64,000 nt of DNA from Octopus sinensis (taxonomy: Eukaryota), in assembly GCF_006345805.1 (NCBI RefSeq), contig NC_043008.1:76012001-76076000 (forward strand), read 5' to 3'. Below, piece after piece: positions 11,963 to 25,645 of this stretch; within the stretch, counting starts at the first letter, position 1, and each line of letters opens with the position of its first letter. The notes under the pieces were generated by a model that was not told the DNA's origin, made no database searches, and was given only the letters and a program-made list of their open reading frames with translations. Both the position numbers and the translations under genes were made by a program.

Positions 11963-11995
<33 letters not shown>

Positions 11996-12494
11996 ATGTG
12001 TGCGTGTATGTGTTTCGTGCGCGCTCTACAGCACTAAGTTATCATCAGATTCTTGGATCATAAATCATAAATTTCTGTATTTCTGTCATTTTTTGTGTGT
12101 GTTTGAATCCTTTACAAATTTTACACCATTGCTAGGTATGTTGTGCTATTCGATAGAGATGATCCGGCAGACTAGTTTAACAACATGTTTCCACATTAGA
12201 GTTTCATTACTTAATGCGACTGGAATGAAGGGTATGCAGAATTGGTTCTGTTGATAATTAACAAATGTTTATTTATTTAAGGTTATTAAAGCATACGTTT
12301 CAAACTGATGTTTAAAAAACATCTGTGCTATTTTCTTTATTACAAGTAATAGAGAACTGTAGCTATCTATCTGTCTGCCTGTCTGTCTGTCTGTCTGTCT
12401 TTCTATCTGTGTGTGTATGTGTGCGTCTCTATACATACATGTGTGTGTCTTTGAATCTGTTTTTGCCCCCTGCTATAGCTTCACAAGCATTTTG

Positions 12495-12660
12495 GGTGTG
12501 CTTACGTTCCCGTAACTTAACAGTTCATCAGACATCATCGACACAATAAGTACTAGGTTTTAAAAAATAAGTACTTGGGTCTGCTCTTTCGACTAAAATT
12601 CTTGAAGATGCTTCCCCAGCATGGGCGCAGTCTAAGGATTGAAACAAATAAAAGATAAAA
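12495..12660 (+). mobile_element. SINE family A, 3' fragment
   Basis: Matches the 3' half of the copy at 35688-36080 (tacgttcccgtaactta..ataagtact..cagcatgg.cgcagtc..gaaacaaataaaag). Confidence 0.7.
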
Positions 12661-13386
12661 GGTAGACCTATATAATATATGCGTGTCGGTAGCCATATAT
12701 ATATAAGGGTCCTGATACGGGAACTAACAAACTAATACTCAGAATGATACAAGTTGTTTGAAAGCACAATCACTAGGATAAAAGTTAAGTTGGTTCTTTA
12801 CATATCCACAGGTAACAGATGTTTTCAGCATGTTGCCATTCATAATTTACTCCAAGTGAGCAATAGTCACGAAATCAGACGAACTTGCAGTATATGCATA
12901 CAATAAAGTAACAAAGCTGAAAAAACAACACAGAAACGTCGGATGAATAGAATAGTAAAATAGGTTTGTCAAACAAGTTGGCGTCCAATGAAAATTGAAC
13001 CAAATTCCAAAGAGCGATAAGTTGACCATTCTAGTATTAATTTAGAGGTGAATAATAGAATGAATGAATACATACATTAAATAAATAGTTGAAATGAAAT
13101 GAAAGATGAAAAAACATGGTCAGTAGGAAGTGAAGGACACAAAGAGTGAACAAAATATAGTATAAAAAGAGAAGTCAGAAAGAGAAGGTGGGGCATGCTG
13201 GTTTAGAGAGTTGATGGCATTTTCAAAAACATTGAGATTGTATCAACTACGCACTACTGAATTAGCACTCTCGCCCAAACTGTCCTATATCAATATTAAC
13301 ACGTACCATCATATACCGGGTCATTCTATAAATAATGCGAATATTTCAATTGCATGAAGTAAAAGTCGGAGGGGGATGGGATAACT

Positions 13387-14506
13387 ACGTGTATCACCCC
13401 GTTATAAATGCAGGTAGTAATTTTACTTTGTACTTATTCTTAGTGCAAGTTTTGAATAGTGAAGTTCGATTTTAACTTTTATTTTTTCAAAGCTATAACG
13501 GAAGCGATAAGGGAGCATATTCGGCATGTTTTGCTTTATGAGTTCAATAAAGGCAAGAACGGAACAGAAAGTGCGAGGAATATTAATGCAGTATATGGGA
13601 ATCGGATAATCAGCGTAAGCCAGTGTCAAAGATGGTTCCAGAAATCTCGAACCATATATTTACAGCCCAGAAGACGAGCCTCATCCTGAAAGATCTGAAG
13701 AGCTCGCCGAGGACGTTCTGCCAACCCTGGTGGAACAATATCTCATCGAAAATTTTGAGGAACTAGTAGAGAAGCTTACATGCCATCGGGAAAGTCAGCA
13801 AATTGGGTCAATGAGTTCCTCACAAACTTGTCTAATAGCGCGCAGAGTGAATGTGTACTCTTCTTTGCTGTCACGTCTCACGAATGAACGTTTTTTGACC
13901 GAATAGTGTCTGGTGACGAAAAATGCGTTCTCTATAAAACTTTTATGCGCCGAAGATAGTGGGCAAAGAAAGGAGAAACACCAGCACCCCAGGTTGAAGA
14001 AGGTCGTCACCCACGTTAGGGGCTGTTATCTGTTTTGTAGGATATCAAAGGTTTATCCCACCTTGAACATTTGAACCCAGACCACACGATAAGAAAGGAG
14101 ATTTACAGCGCGCGGCTTGACTGGCTTAAGTAAGTGCTAGAAGAAAACCGACCATCTTTGGTTTCAAGACGAAAGGTATTCTTCCATCAGGATAATGCTC
14201 GGCCAAAAACAGTAAGGACGACATTTCAAAAGCTTAAGAAGTTTGAATGGGAAACGATGCCCCACCCACCATATTCGCTGGACATTGCCCCATCTGATTA
14301 TGATTTATTCCGCAGTCTTCAAAATCATTTGAATTTTATGTACGAACTGGAGAAGGATTTTTCGTCAAGGACAAGTGAATTTTGTAAGAGGTGCATTGTA
14401 GAAAATGAAGGAGTGTATATTTTAGATTGAAAAAGAACTTTGTTTATCTTAATTTTGAAAAATAAAAGAAGTATAAAAACCTGCATTATTTTGGGGATGA
14501 CCAAAT
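13387..14506 (+). mobile_element. Degraded mariner (DD34D) DNA transposon
   Basis: HTH region EHIRHVLLYEFNKGKNGTESARNINAVYG; GQ*VPHKL (WVPHEL-like); RIVSGDEK; HQDNARP..HPPYSLDIAPSDY with 34 residues between D2 and D3. Imperfect TIRs near 13387-13415 and 14478-14506. Multiple stops and frameshifts. Confidence 0.92.
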
Positions 14507-14774
14507 GCGTTTATATATATCCAAGTTCCGGCACACAAACACTCATAGACACACACGGAGACATAACCACTTCACATATATAAAAAACATACGTACACAT
14601 ATTGTCTAAAACATAATTGCGAAGTAATGGTATAAAGAAAAAGATTAATAATTAGTTAATCAACCAAAAGTATTATAATCACAACCGTCTCAAAGTTTAG
14701 AACTTATTAAACTCAAGAAAGAATATCGGAAGACAATATTCAAGCATTTATACTAATTCAGCCTAAGTTATGCT

Positions 14775-14850
14775 ACTAAAATTCTTTCAAGGTTGCGCTC
14801 CAGCATGGCTGCAGTCAAATGACTGGAACAAGTAAAAGAAAAGAATATAT
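14775..14850 (+). mobile_element. SINE family A, 3' terminal fragment
   Basis: gctccagcatggctgcagtcaaatgactggaacaagtaaaag matches the SINE A 3' end. Confidence 0.7.
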
Positions 14851-15289
14851 ATATATATATACCAGAGTAAACACATACATGCGAAAGAAGGTGGAAAAAT
14901 AGTACTCGAATACCGGAGGTAGAGTAATATGCTTTATTAAAAAGCAGCAAAAAATATTACAGAACCTATTACTTAGAGTTTCACGTTCCCGTTCGTCGGA
15001 CACTTTACTTTCGAATGAAACGAAATGAGGTTATATGCATAAATATACAATTACCTAATGGACTGTGCCACAATATAAATGGACATGCGCAGAGATTGTG
15101 AGGAAAGGCTCGATGAGCTTGAAAAGAACTGTGTTGCCTTGTGTTGAATCATTATCGTTGCGGATAAGTTATCTATGTTGAATGTCCTCCCTAGCGGGTT
15201 ACCTATTGTTGGAACTGTTAAACCATTGTTGATTGATTGTTGTATTGTTTGCTATTGTATTCGTTTTCTCCCCCAGTGGGGGCAAAAAT

Positions 15290-16600
15290 AGCAGTTAAAA
15301 ATGGAAGTGTTGCAAACACGTGTCGGGTGCTACGCTTCAGTGGCAGGCCAGGAAAATATAACAGTCACTGTCAACTTGCCGGAAGTGAAGGAAGTACCTG
15401 TAGATTTAGAAATATTAAAAAGTAGCAAAAAATTAATTCAAAGAGAGGGGTCAGCACTAAAATTGACCCCTCATCCCACCCGGAAGATGTAACAGTAATG
15501 AAAAGCGAAAACTGGCAGCGTACAGAACCCCATTACTTACAAGCAAAAAATAGAGATAGCTAGTGAGGAAGCAATAGAAGAGAGCTTGGAAGAAATAAGG
15601 AGCGACATTAAAATTTTTTTGTAGAGGGAGAAGATTCAGCACAATGGAGGTGCGCTTTCCTACCGTAGAGGAGGCAGTAAAACATCTACTACAACATTGA
15701 GAACGGAAGAATGGGCACTTTTTCCAAACTGTCTCGGTAAACGAGTGTCGAGAGTGAGGATTGGCAGGGTGTCCCCTGAGACTACTGAGATGTGGCTGCT
15801 TGCAGCAATTTCAACGGGAACAGAAAACCCAGAAGTGCTGCATATAAGTCGGACCCAGCAACTGAACTAGTGGGGATATGGCCTGGAAGTTATAATCCAG
15901 GCCACCTCACTGGACTTGCAAGAAATTATAGAAGCAATAGAACTACCAGAAGAAGTGAAGCTGCAAGTGGTGGTGGAAGGAAGATCTCCCACCTGTTACC
16001 ACAGCAGAAAGATGGGGCACATAAAGGTGAGGTTCCCCCCATTTGTAACAACCAGACACCAGCAGAGGAGAAGCAAGAAGATTACAACAACAGAGACGAG
16101 AAGATAGAGGAAACTATGAAAGAAACAAATGTGGAAAGCAGAGACTAGAGATTCCAGGAAGTACAAAATTAAAAGAGGAAGGACCTAAAATTCCACCCCA
16201 CGAAGAAACCGAACAAGAAGAAAAAGAATTAAGTAGCACATAATCACCCACACCACCGCAAACACCCGAGAAAACCAGACATCCCAGAATCTCCAGATAA
16301 GTATACACTAGTAGAAGCACATATAGACACACAAACATCACAGGCTAATCATAAAAATAAGCACAGTCACTGAAAAAAAAATAGCAAAAATCAAATCAAT
16401 AAGAGTTGAAGTGCCTGAAGAGTGGTGCGTACCGAGCATGGAATGCATATTAATAGACACGAACAATTATAAAAAAATAACAGAAATTTTTGGCAGTGAT
16501 TTGGACCCACCAAGGTGGGAGGTGAGATATGGTTCTCTACCTCATATGGTGGAATTTGAACATTTAAGTCAATATATGATCTAATAAGGTGATTTTAATT
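15290..16600 (+). pseudogene. Decayed ORF1/gag-like coding region of a non-LTR retroelement with a degenerate CCHC knuckle
   Basis: Frame-hopping peptide EVRFPTVEEAV..KRVSRVRIGRVSPE..WWGYGLEVIIQA..VVVEGRSPTCYHSRKMGHIKVRFP (CYxCxxxGHxxxxCP-like), followed by an E/K-rich low-complexity tract. No ORF2 downstream. Confidence 0.55.
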
Positions 16601-16649
16601 AGATAAACATTGGTGTAAAAAATAGAGTGGGGCTCGAGTAGCCATTATA

Positions 16650-17617
16650 CCCTCATCCATTATATTAATTCATTTCATTCATTCGTTTATGTTTCATGTC
16701 CCCACTTTGTGTCGTTTGTCCTTGTTCGTCTCCTCTGTGTTGGGTCCACAGTGACAACCAACATGAAAAAGCGAGTCGAGAGTTGCTTATTGTCTAATTG
16801 CAAGTATTGTGTATCGTGAGTAGAAGGATTTGCGAGGACGTTATTTATTATCCAGTTATATCGTACGTCCAACGTGTGGTACAACAGTGGCGACAAAGAT
16901 TCAGATAGTATCACCACTGATACAACAGTGGGGTCGAGGGTTTGCACCGTACTGAGGATTCGAACAATACTGAAATTGAAAATAGTACCGAAATGAAAGA
17001 GTTACTGAAAGAAGTCGTAAAACAACAAAGGCAGTAGCAGCAGCACCTACAGGAATTAACAGAGTTGTAACTGCAGCCAAGAAATACGACATAATCATTT
17101 TCAGCGGACGGTGTCGCAAACTCCATCGAAGAATTTCGGTACAAACCAGATGAAGGAACTACCTTTACGGCGTATTACAGAATATACGAGGACATATTCA
17201 GAGAAATGCAAGGGAAGGTCTAGTGAAAGGAAGATAAGGCACCTTTTGCGAAAACTTGCCCCTCCGGAACACGACAGTTTTTGTTAGTTTATTTTGCCGA
17301 GAAAGCCCCGGGGTTGTGTTTTGATGAAACGATAAATATTTTGACTAATAATATATTTAGCGAGAGTTCGCTGTTTAACATTCGGTGGGAATGTTTAAAT
17401 TTAAAGAAGAATGAGTCCGACGATTTGGTAACATATGCCTGTATGGTTGTGAAAGGTTGAAGGTCGAAGAATTAACGCCAGATATGTTCAAGTGCCTAAT
17501 ATTCGTTAATAGGCATGTAACAATGGAAGACGCAGAAATTAGAAGAAGAATATTATCAAAGCATAATCAAGATTTCGAACTAAACTTGCAGAAAGTGACT
17601 GAAGAATGCCAACAAAT
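16650..17617 (+). mobile_element. Ty3/Gypsy LTR retrotransposon 5' fragment (LTR end, PBS, decayed gag)
   Basis: LTR-like end ...acaaca (16886) followed by TGGCGAC PBS (16888). Gag peptides MKELLKEVVKQQ, EFRYKPDEGTTFTAYYRIYEDIF and LTPDMFKCLIFV..EDAEIRRRILSK..LNLQKVTEECQ. Ends at a (TA)n tract. Left boundary approximate. Confidence 0.8.
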
Positions 17618-17631
17618 AATATATATATGTG

Positions 17632-17715
<84 letters not shown>

Positions 17716-17766
17716 TTATATATTTATATATATACATGTATAATTAGATATGTATATATGTGTATA

Positions 17767-17814
<48 letters not shown>

Positions 17815-17850
17815 TATATATGTTTATGTATTTATGTATATATATATATG
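17618..17850. repeat. (TA)n microsatellite
   Basis: Directly visible. Confidence 0.95.
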
Positions 17851-19859
17851 AAGTAAATTTGCAAACAATCTTTGATTTATATCGAAAATAAAATGTGATC
17901 TTAACTTGTTAGAAATAATGTTAATGATAGAAATAAAGTTTATTTAGGTAACCCTTGAAATATAAGTTCGATCATATCGTTGCATTCTTATATTGTATGA
18001 AACAAAATAGCACTTTAAAAGTTTCATCGTATGTTATAAAGTAATAAACAGATTCAACATAGTTATATTAAAACGAGTTGATAGATAAATGAACTAGAAA
18101 CACATGAGCAGAGATAAACTGTCGTGTGCTGCCCCAAGAACTTCAATAAGTTCATAACAAACACATTTATATTTCAGACGTTCAGCCAACCTATCTGTAA
18201 GTAGATACTATAGAGTGAAATAATTCACAGATGTAAATTGCGCTATGAAGTTAGCAATTTGCTTGATCACTTTCGGTAGTGTGATTGATTAAATTCATCC
18301 GTGCATATAATAAAAAAAATTTGAAATGTTTCACTTGTCTTCTTTTATACAAGATTGGCCAAAAGTCACACGAGAGTAAATCAAAATTCCATTAGTACTC
18401 AATAATCAGTTTTATTTATTTATTTGATAAAATGGTGTTGCTCAAGAAGGACTTCCGTTTGAACAATTTTCATGATATTTCATATTTTGATGATTTTATT
18501 AAATTCATTCAGTTGTTAAACAAATAAATCTTGGAATTAAATGGTTTTGATTTACTGTCATGTGATTTTTGTCTAACCGTGTGTAGCTGAATGTATTAGA
18601 TCATGTAAATGACAGAATGAATGCTGTTTGTATGAAAATAGTAAACATAACACATGTGCTAGACTAAGTCATTCGCTGTAAAAATGCAGAAAATTAAACT
18701 AGTGTGCACAAAGGTTAAATTAATATTTACTGCTGAATTTAATTGCTCTAAAATTTCTGGGAAGATATTCCCAAGTAAATTCTAAGTAGATTCTACAAAT
18801 ATCACAGTACTTGCTAACTTTCAACTGGAAAATTTTACGATTGTGATAGCATACTAAAGATGTCACGAACGAGCACAAAGAGATTAAAACAGCTATTTCT
18901 TTCAGCTCTGGGAAAGTAATATTTCTTGAAATAGCATCTTCGATAAGCGGAATTTGTCGGTATTAGTTTCTATCCAATACCTAAGGAATTTGTGATACAT
19001 TTTTATTTTCAGTTTGTAAATCTTGATATGTGTGCGTATTCAGATGGCATGGCAGAAAAAGAAGTAAAATACAGGGTAAAATATACAGCATTACTAATAA
19101 TATTAATAATAAAAGGTTGAGGAAGAGGAGGAGGAGGTACTGAAGTAGGTGAAGAAGATAGATGAAACTTTTATGAGCAAACGTTGTTATAGATTTTGAT
19201 TTTGGTCAATTTCCTGAATGAAATTAGGTTGATATTGTCGTTCGTGACAGTCCACTGCGAAACGAAAATACAACGGTCTCCCTACTTTTTCTCTTTTTCC
19301 GTGGTAACTATATAAGAGAGTAGTTAAGGCCAAATCAGAAAACTAGAATAGTGTCTCGGTTATTCCACGCAGTTTATTTTTTTAACCAACTACTAAAACT
19401 ACCTTCGCACATCAATTATTTTTACTTTCGCATCTCCTATACAATGGATAATGTAGTAATATTCCAATTAAAAAAAGAAATAGGAAGTTTAGGGCAGAAC
19501 TACTTTTGGTTGTCCGCCAGAAGGAATGTGTAACAAAACAATTAAGATTATTTGTTGAAAGTGATGAAGTAAGATAATTATGTAGAACCGACAGTTACCC
19601 TCCTTGGCGCTTTTAACATCAAAGATTGCACTTGGTAGGACACAGCTAAGTTTACTTGATCATGTTCAATCTAGTATCATTTTTCGGTGTCTGGTTTTTA
19701 TTCCATCAATATTCATTTGTTCAAAGCCTGTGTCGTGTCAGAAAACTACGGGATCATATATATGGAGATGGACATTGATTCGAGTACTCACACATACAAA
19801 CATCTACAGACACAAACATGTATGCACACACACATACACCCCCACCTACCTCCCACAAA

Positions 19860-20468
<609 letters not shown>

Positions 20469-20569
20469 TGAGATGCAGCATGGAATTTTGTCACTGAACA
20501 GGTCCCGGTCTCAAAGCGAAGAAGATATTTTGACAAATTGAATTTAAATGTTAAAGTGAGTCTAACGGT

Positions 20570-20770
20570 TTTTGTGTTTCTTAAATGGCCATGCTGGAGC
20601 GTTGCTTTGAACGATTTTAGTCGAAGAAATCGACCCCAGGTCTTATTATTTTAAGCTTAGTTCTATAGTTATCTAATTCTATAGTTATCTTTTGCCCAAC
20701 CGCTAAGTTACGGGGACGTAAACACATCCAAACCTGTTGTCAAGCAGTGGTGGGGGATACATACAGACAC
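20570..20770 (-). mobile_element. SINE family A, 3' half
   Basis: ggccatgctggagc..tttagtcgaa..atcgaccccagg..ctaagttacggggacgtaaacac is the reverse complement of the SINE A 3' half. Confidence 0.75.
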
Positions 20771-23700
20771 ACATACACTCACACACACACTCGCACACAC
20801 AAACACACACATATTTTAAATATATAATGATAAAAATCATAATTATAGGCGCTAGGGGTCCAACGCCAATACGCTTCATATAGATGTGAAATTTCTACAA
20901 ACCACTGTAAGTTTGTTCTCTTTTTGACACAAGGCTGAATGTGAGGGAACGGACAAGAAGATTTATAAAATTTCGGATATAATAAAATTGTAATATTTCG
21001 TGTTCTGTAATACAGATTACTTCACACTCTTCAGTAGAATTATACCGACGATATATAACTAAGAATTACATATACATACCGTACAGATACCAATATGTAG
21101 ATGGTATATAGATGCATTTCCTGCGTATACATTATATCTAATCGCCCATCTCAGCCATGTGGTTAATGTCAGAAATTGTGTCGGAGTGAATATAGTATTG
21201 GAGCAAAATATAATGACTAGAGAACTCAAAATTATATATATGTCTTATTGATTATATCCTCAATCTACATATATACCTCGTACTTTCAGTTTCCGTGTAT
21301 GAAATCGTCGAATCGTTCCCAGAATCATGAATTCTAAGATATTATTGTAAATAAACCAATAGAAAAGACTGAGATATAAACGTTAGGCTGACATATAAGT
21401 AACCATCACCTGCGATAAGATCAATTTCTAATAGTACAACATATGGAACCATAATATGAATTGTATTCTTTGGGAAATTTTTCATATTTGTAAGACTCAA
21501 CCATTGCGAGGCTTAGGTTTTAGCTGTTATAACGTCGCAAATGAAGAAGCCTCTTCTGACAATTATTCCAGTAGAAAATTCTTGTGTGTGTATTTCCTTG
21601 TGTGCGAGTGTTGTGTGTATGTTTGTGTGTGTGTATGTGTGTGTGTGTGTGTGTGCCTGTGTGTGTGTCTGTGTGTGTGTGTGTGTGTCTGTTTGGGTCT
21701 CTGCCTAGAATTGCTGCTTTTGTAAGATTCTATTTATTCTTTAGATTCATGTGGTGTAAGGTGTCTAATGACAGTGTGATGACATTTTAGACAGTTCAAT
21801 TTTTCTTTGTAAGAGCAGAAACTCTATGAAATAAATTATGTATTGAAGTAAGCGCAAACTATGTAATCCTGTGCGCAATTTATAGAGCACTATATTCAAA
21901 TTAAACAGCATTACATAAAAGTTTCTGCAGTCTCGTCTTTTCATCACATTTTTAAAAAGCCATGATCATTCTAAAACAATATACATATCATGTACTAATT
22001 ATTTCAAGCTTATCGATGCTCCCAGATAATAAAGACCCCTAATCAGATCACGTTAATCTCTAGAAAATATCTATGACTATTCTATTGATAATTTAGAGAT
22101 TGTTTTCATTTTTTTAATTTTAATTGCAGGGTCGAGATGTTACACACAACAGTCTTTGCTGTAATCCGCTCCTTTTCTTTTCTACTATTAGATTTTGTGA
22201 ATAACATCAACGCTAGGATGCTTTGCCATAATTCTACAATAATTCAAAATTTGCACTCAGAACACAAGGAACTGGAAACACTACTGCAAGGCATCTCGCC
22301 TGCGAGTGAACCATAAGTATTCACCCATAAATATAATGTTTACCTCGATGAGTTCTGAACACAGAAGAGTTAAACGAATATTGTAAGGTTCTCACCAGAA
22401 ATGTTTAAAAAATACCGAGCGTCTCTCAGAAATTTGGAAGACATTCAGTATTTTTAAACCTCTCTGGTGATAATAAACTCAAGTAGAAAATAAAAACGAA
22501 ACTAAGGCATGTGCTTACTGGAAATTCTTCCATTTTAGATTATTCAACGTAAGTTGTTGATATTTCTGTAGATCTTAAGAAACGATAACATTCAAACTGC
22601 GGCCTGCTAAAAGTTCAAAACTGGTAAGTTTCTTGTATAGCAAATGAATCTGTTTGAAAAAAAAAATGACATGTGCAGTTGAGTGCTGATACGAAACAGG
22701 TTACACAAATATATTCTTCAAGCCAGAGATTTTAAGGAAAGCAGTATGAGAAGAAGCTCATATTCACCGAATTAGTTTCCGGTCATAATTCAATTGAGTA
22801 AGCTAATCTGAAGTAAATATGCAGACAATGTCTGAACGCAATCACTTAGACAGCACCATTGAACAATCGCAGGCAGCACCATTTGATGAATTTAGTACAC
22901 AAAGGAGTATTGTAACATTGACAAATATGAATTCTAAATCACATGGAAACTGATGTTGTGAAAGATATCTGTATTAAAGATTCAGTTTTCATTTACATTT
23001 TAGAATATTAGAATAGAAAGGAGAAATAATTTATGTTCATACATATTGAATTTTAACAGCAAATACCTGTTGATGTTGCATTTATTTATGATAATAAAAT
23101 TACGTTTCTTCCTCTGCACATTTTCGATTATTTATTCATTAACATAAACATTAAAATTGTACAAATTCATTAGGCATGGAAATTATGCGAACTAGCCCTG
23201 AAGTCTTCGTGAGACATCGGGATTTACACTTACTTTTTGTTTAATTTCACAATATACATTCTGCAATAAATATGTAGTCGGACAATTTTCCAAGTGGTAA
23301 CATCATTGACATAAATTCCTATTCATCAAGATATTTTCTTTTGGGGATGAACAAAATGTTATGATGAATACACATTTGAACAATGACCTGCAAGTGTCAA
23401 ATATGTAATCTGAAGAATTCAAGCAACTAGTTTAGGGTTTGATGTTGTCTGAAGGATGTATATACGTTTTAGAATGTGCAGTTCACAAGATTACTCTTTT
23501 TCGTATTTATTTTGCATGAATGAAATTATTGAAAGACAGTATTAGAAGAGCAAACAATGGCACTGTTATAAAACGCGGGCAAGATATATCAGTTGTACAT
23601 GCTTTCTGAGACGTTAAGAATGCAATGACGAAAGGATGAATGCAGTTAACTAAAGCATATACCATGATTCACTCTACAATTCGGAAGATTAAAATATAAA

Positions 23701-25514
23701 CTGGTTAAAAGTTGCAAGGTTTCCTCGTTCAACGGGACGCAAATAACATTATAAGATTAATTTCAAATACACATCAGCTATGTAATCTCTATGCTTTATT
23801 ATTCTTGACAAATACATTCTTGAGTTTAACGAAACATTTACTGTTTTAATCTACTTAAGCTTAGATTTTATAAACTTTTGAAGAATGATAGCTCAGATTA
23901 AATGCGAACACTATCGCTATCTGGCGAATGAATTATATCCATACTGAAGTTTTTCTTTACAGATTCTATTCTCGTGATGATATGTACTTTCTTTTTGAGC
24001 AAAATTTAGATTTTGTTTCATTTATATCGAAATCATAATAAATATGTTAAGAATATAATTTTCTACAATATTATGAATTTGGGATATTTATATTCGTGCA
24101 TGTATCTCAAAATACTTCGTAAACCTTACAGAAGGGATTAGAATGAATCTATTGGGAATGGTACAGAAAAGTGGCTCCATTTGCCCATATTCTGTTGGGT
24201 AACTGAGCTAGGGTAAGCATTATGTCGTGTTGACAACACAATATAAATTCTACCCCCTGCGTTTCTTGATCTTCTAATGTATATGGCGATTCTAAACCAA
24301 TAAATACAACTGTCACTCTACTGTTTCAGTCTTTCAATTATCTTCTTAATATAACTTAAATAAGGAACGGCATGTGGATAATAAGAGACAGGTAACTAGC
24401 TAAATGAGTGTTGATCAGATTAAACTGCAATGGTAAAATAAGGAAAGCTAAAGTGTAGTGAAGAAACTTGCAAGTCTGGCATCTAGCAAAGTCTCCTCTC
24501 AGAAAAATTCATTTTTACTTTAGTGGAATGTCAAAGCTAACCATAGATTAATTTATGTTGTAATGAAGAATTCTAAATCGAACAATGTGGGATTTGAACT
24601 CAGAAATTAAAGAGGTTGCAGTAAATAATACAGGGTATTTTCCGGCAGTATTCACTTCTGTTATCTATTAACAATATGATGTAATAATACGTCAGGAATA
24701 TATTTTAAAATATCAAAACAAAAAAAAAAATCTTTCAAATTCAATTAATATCGGTTGAAAAATAAAATTATAATTCTCTATAAAATATAAATTTTCTCGC
24801 TTCATGCGTTTATATTGATAACCATATTACAATATGTTTTATTGATAATGGCATTTCCAAGGGTACAACTCTTGTGTTTATCTAGCGTCTTTCAATGACT
24901 TTTTTTTTTTAAATAATTTCTTGTGAAACAAACATAGGTCATGGAAGTACAGAAGAAAATATAAAACATGCTATTGTTTATATCTTTATACTTTCCACCC
25001 AATGAAGGCCATAAAATAGCAAAAGCGAAATATTCATTATATGGTGAGTGCACATAATAACACAGTATCGAAGTTTTGTCAACAGGTTTAATCTAAAACG
25101 GAATAAAATAATGATTTTTTTTTCTATATTAGATTATTAATGTACATTATTATTTTTATGATGACCTTCTCCTTGACATTTCAGCGAACACAAAATCTAA
25201 CGAAAACTATATTTTATTACTGAAAGATTTTTATTAAAATAAAATTCAAAAATAACTCCTATCTCTCTAACACATACAGTATCGGGTACAACATACACTG
25301 TAATCCTATTTATATATCATTACGTGTCTATGTGCTTATGTGTGTGTGTGTGTATGTGTGTGTGCGTGTGTGTGTTATCTAACTTTAGATAAGTTCGCAT
25401 GTTTCTAGAGTTAGTAGGTGTGTAATGAAACTACGTGAATTGCAAATTTTCATTACAAAGAGGCACACGCTTAATATATATATATATATTCACGCATTCT
25501 TACATGGATGCATG

Positions 25515-25645
25515 CATACATACATACATATATAAATACATTCATACATACATACATACATACATACATGCATACATACATACATACATACATACATACA
25601 TACATACATACATAGATACATACATACATACATACATACATACAC
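25515..25645. repeat. (TACA)n microsatellite
   Basis: Directly visible. Confidence 0.9.

Noticed and set aside
18345-18480. Tc1-like TIR start tatacaagattggccaaaagtcac
   Set aside because: No matching second TIR or transposase found.
21505-21570. 7-bp hairpin gaggctt/aagcctc with CAGAAGA and GCAA flanks on the minus strand, hammerhead-like
   Set aside because: Both conserved core segments are mutated and stems I and III are not evident.
22572-22623. Exon-like segment with good acceptor (tttctgtag) and donor (CTG|gtaagt); similar minus-strand cases near 23.23-23.39 kb and 56.4-56.5 kb
   Set aside because: Stop codons in all three frames; a UTR or lncRNA exon cannot be supported without transcript data.
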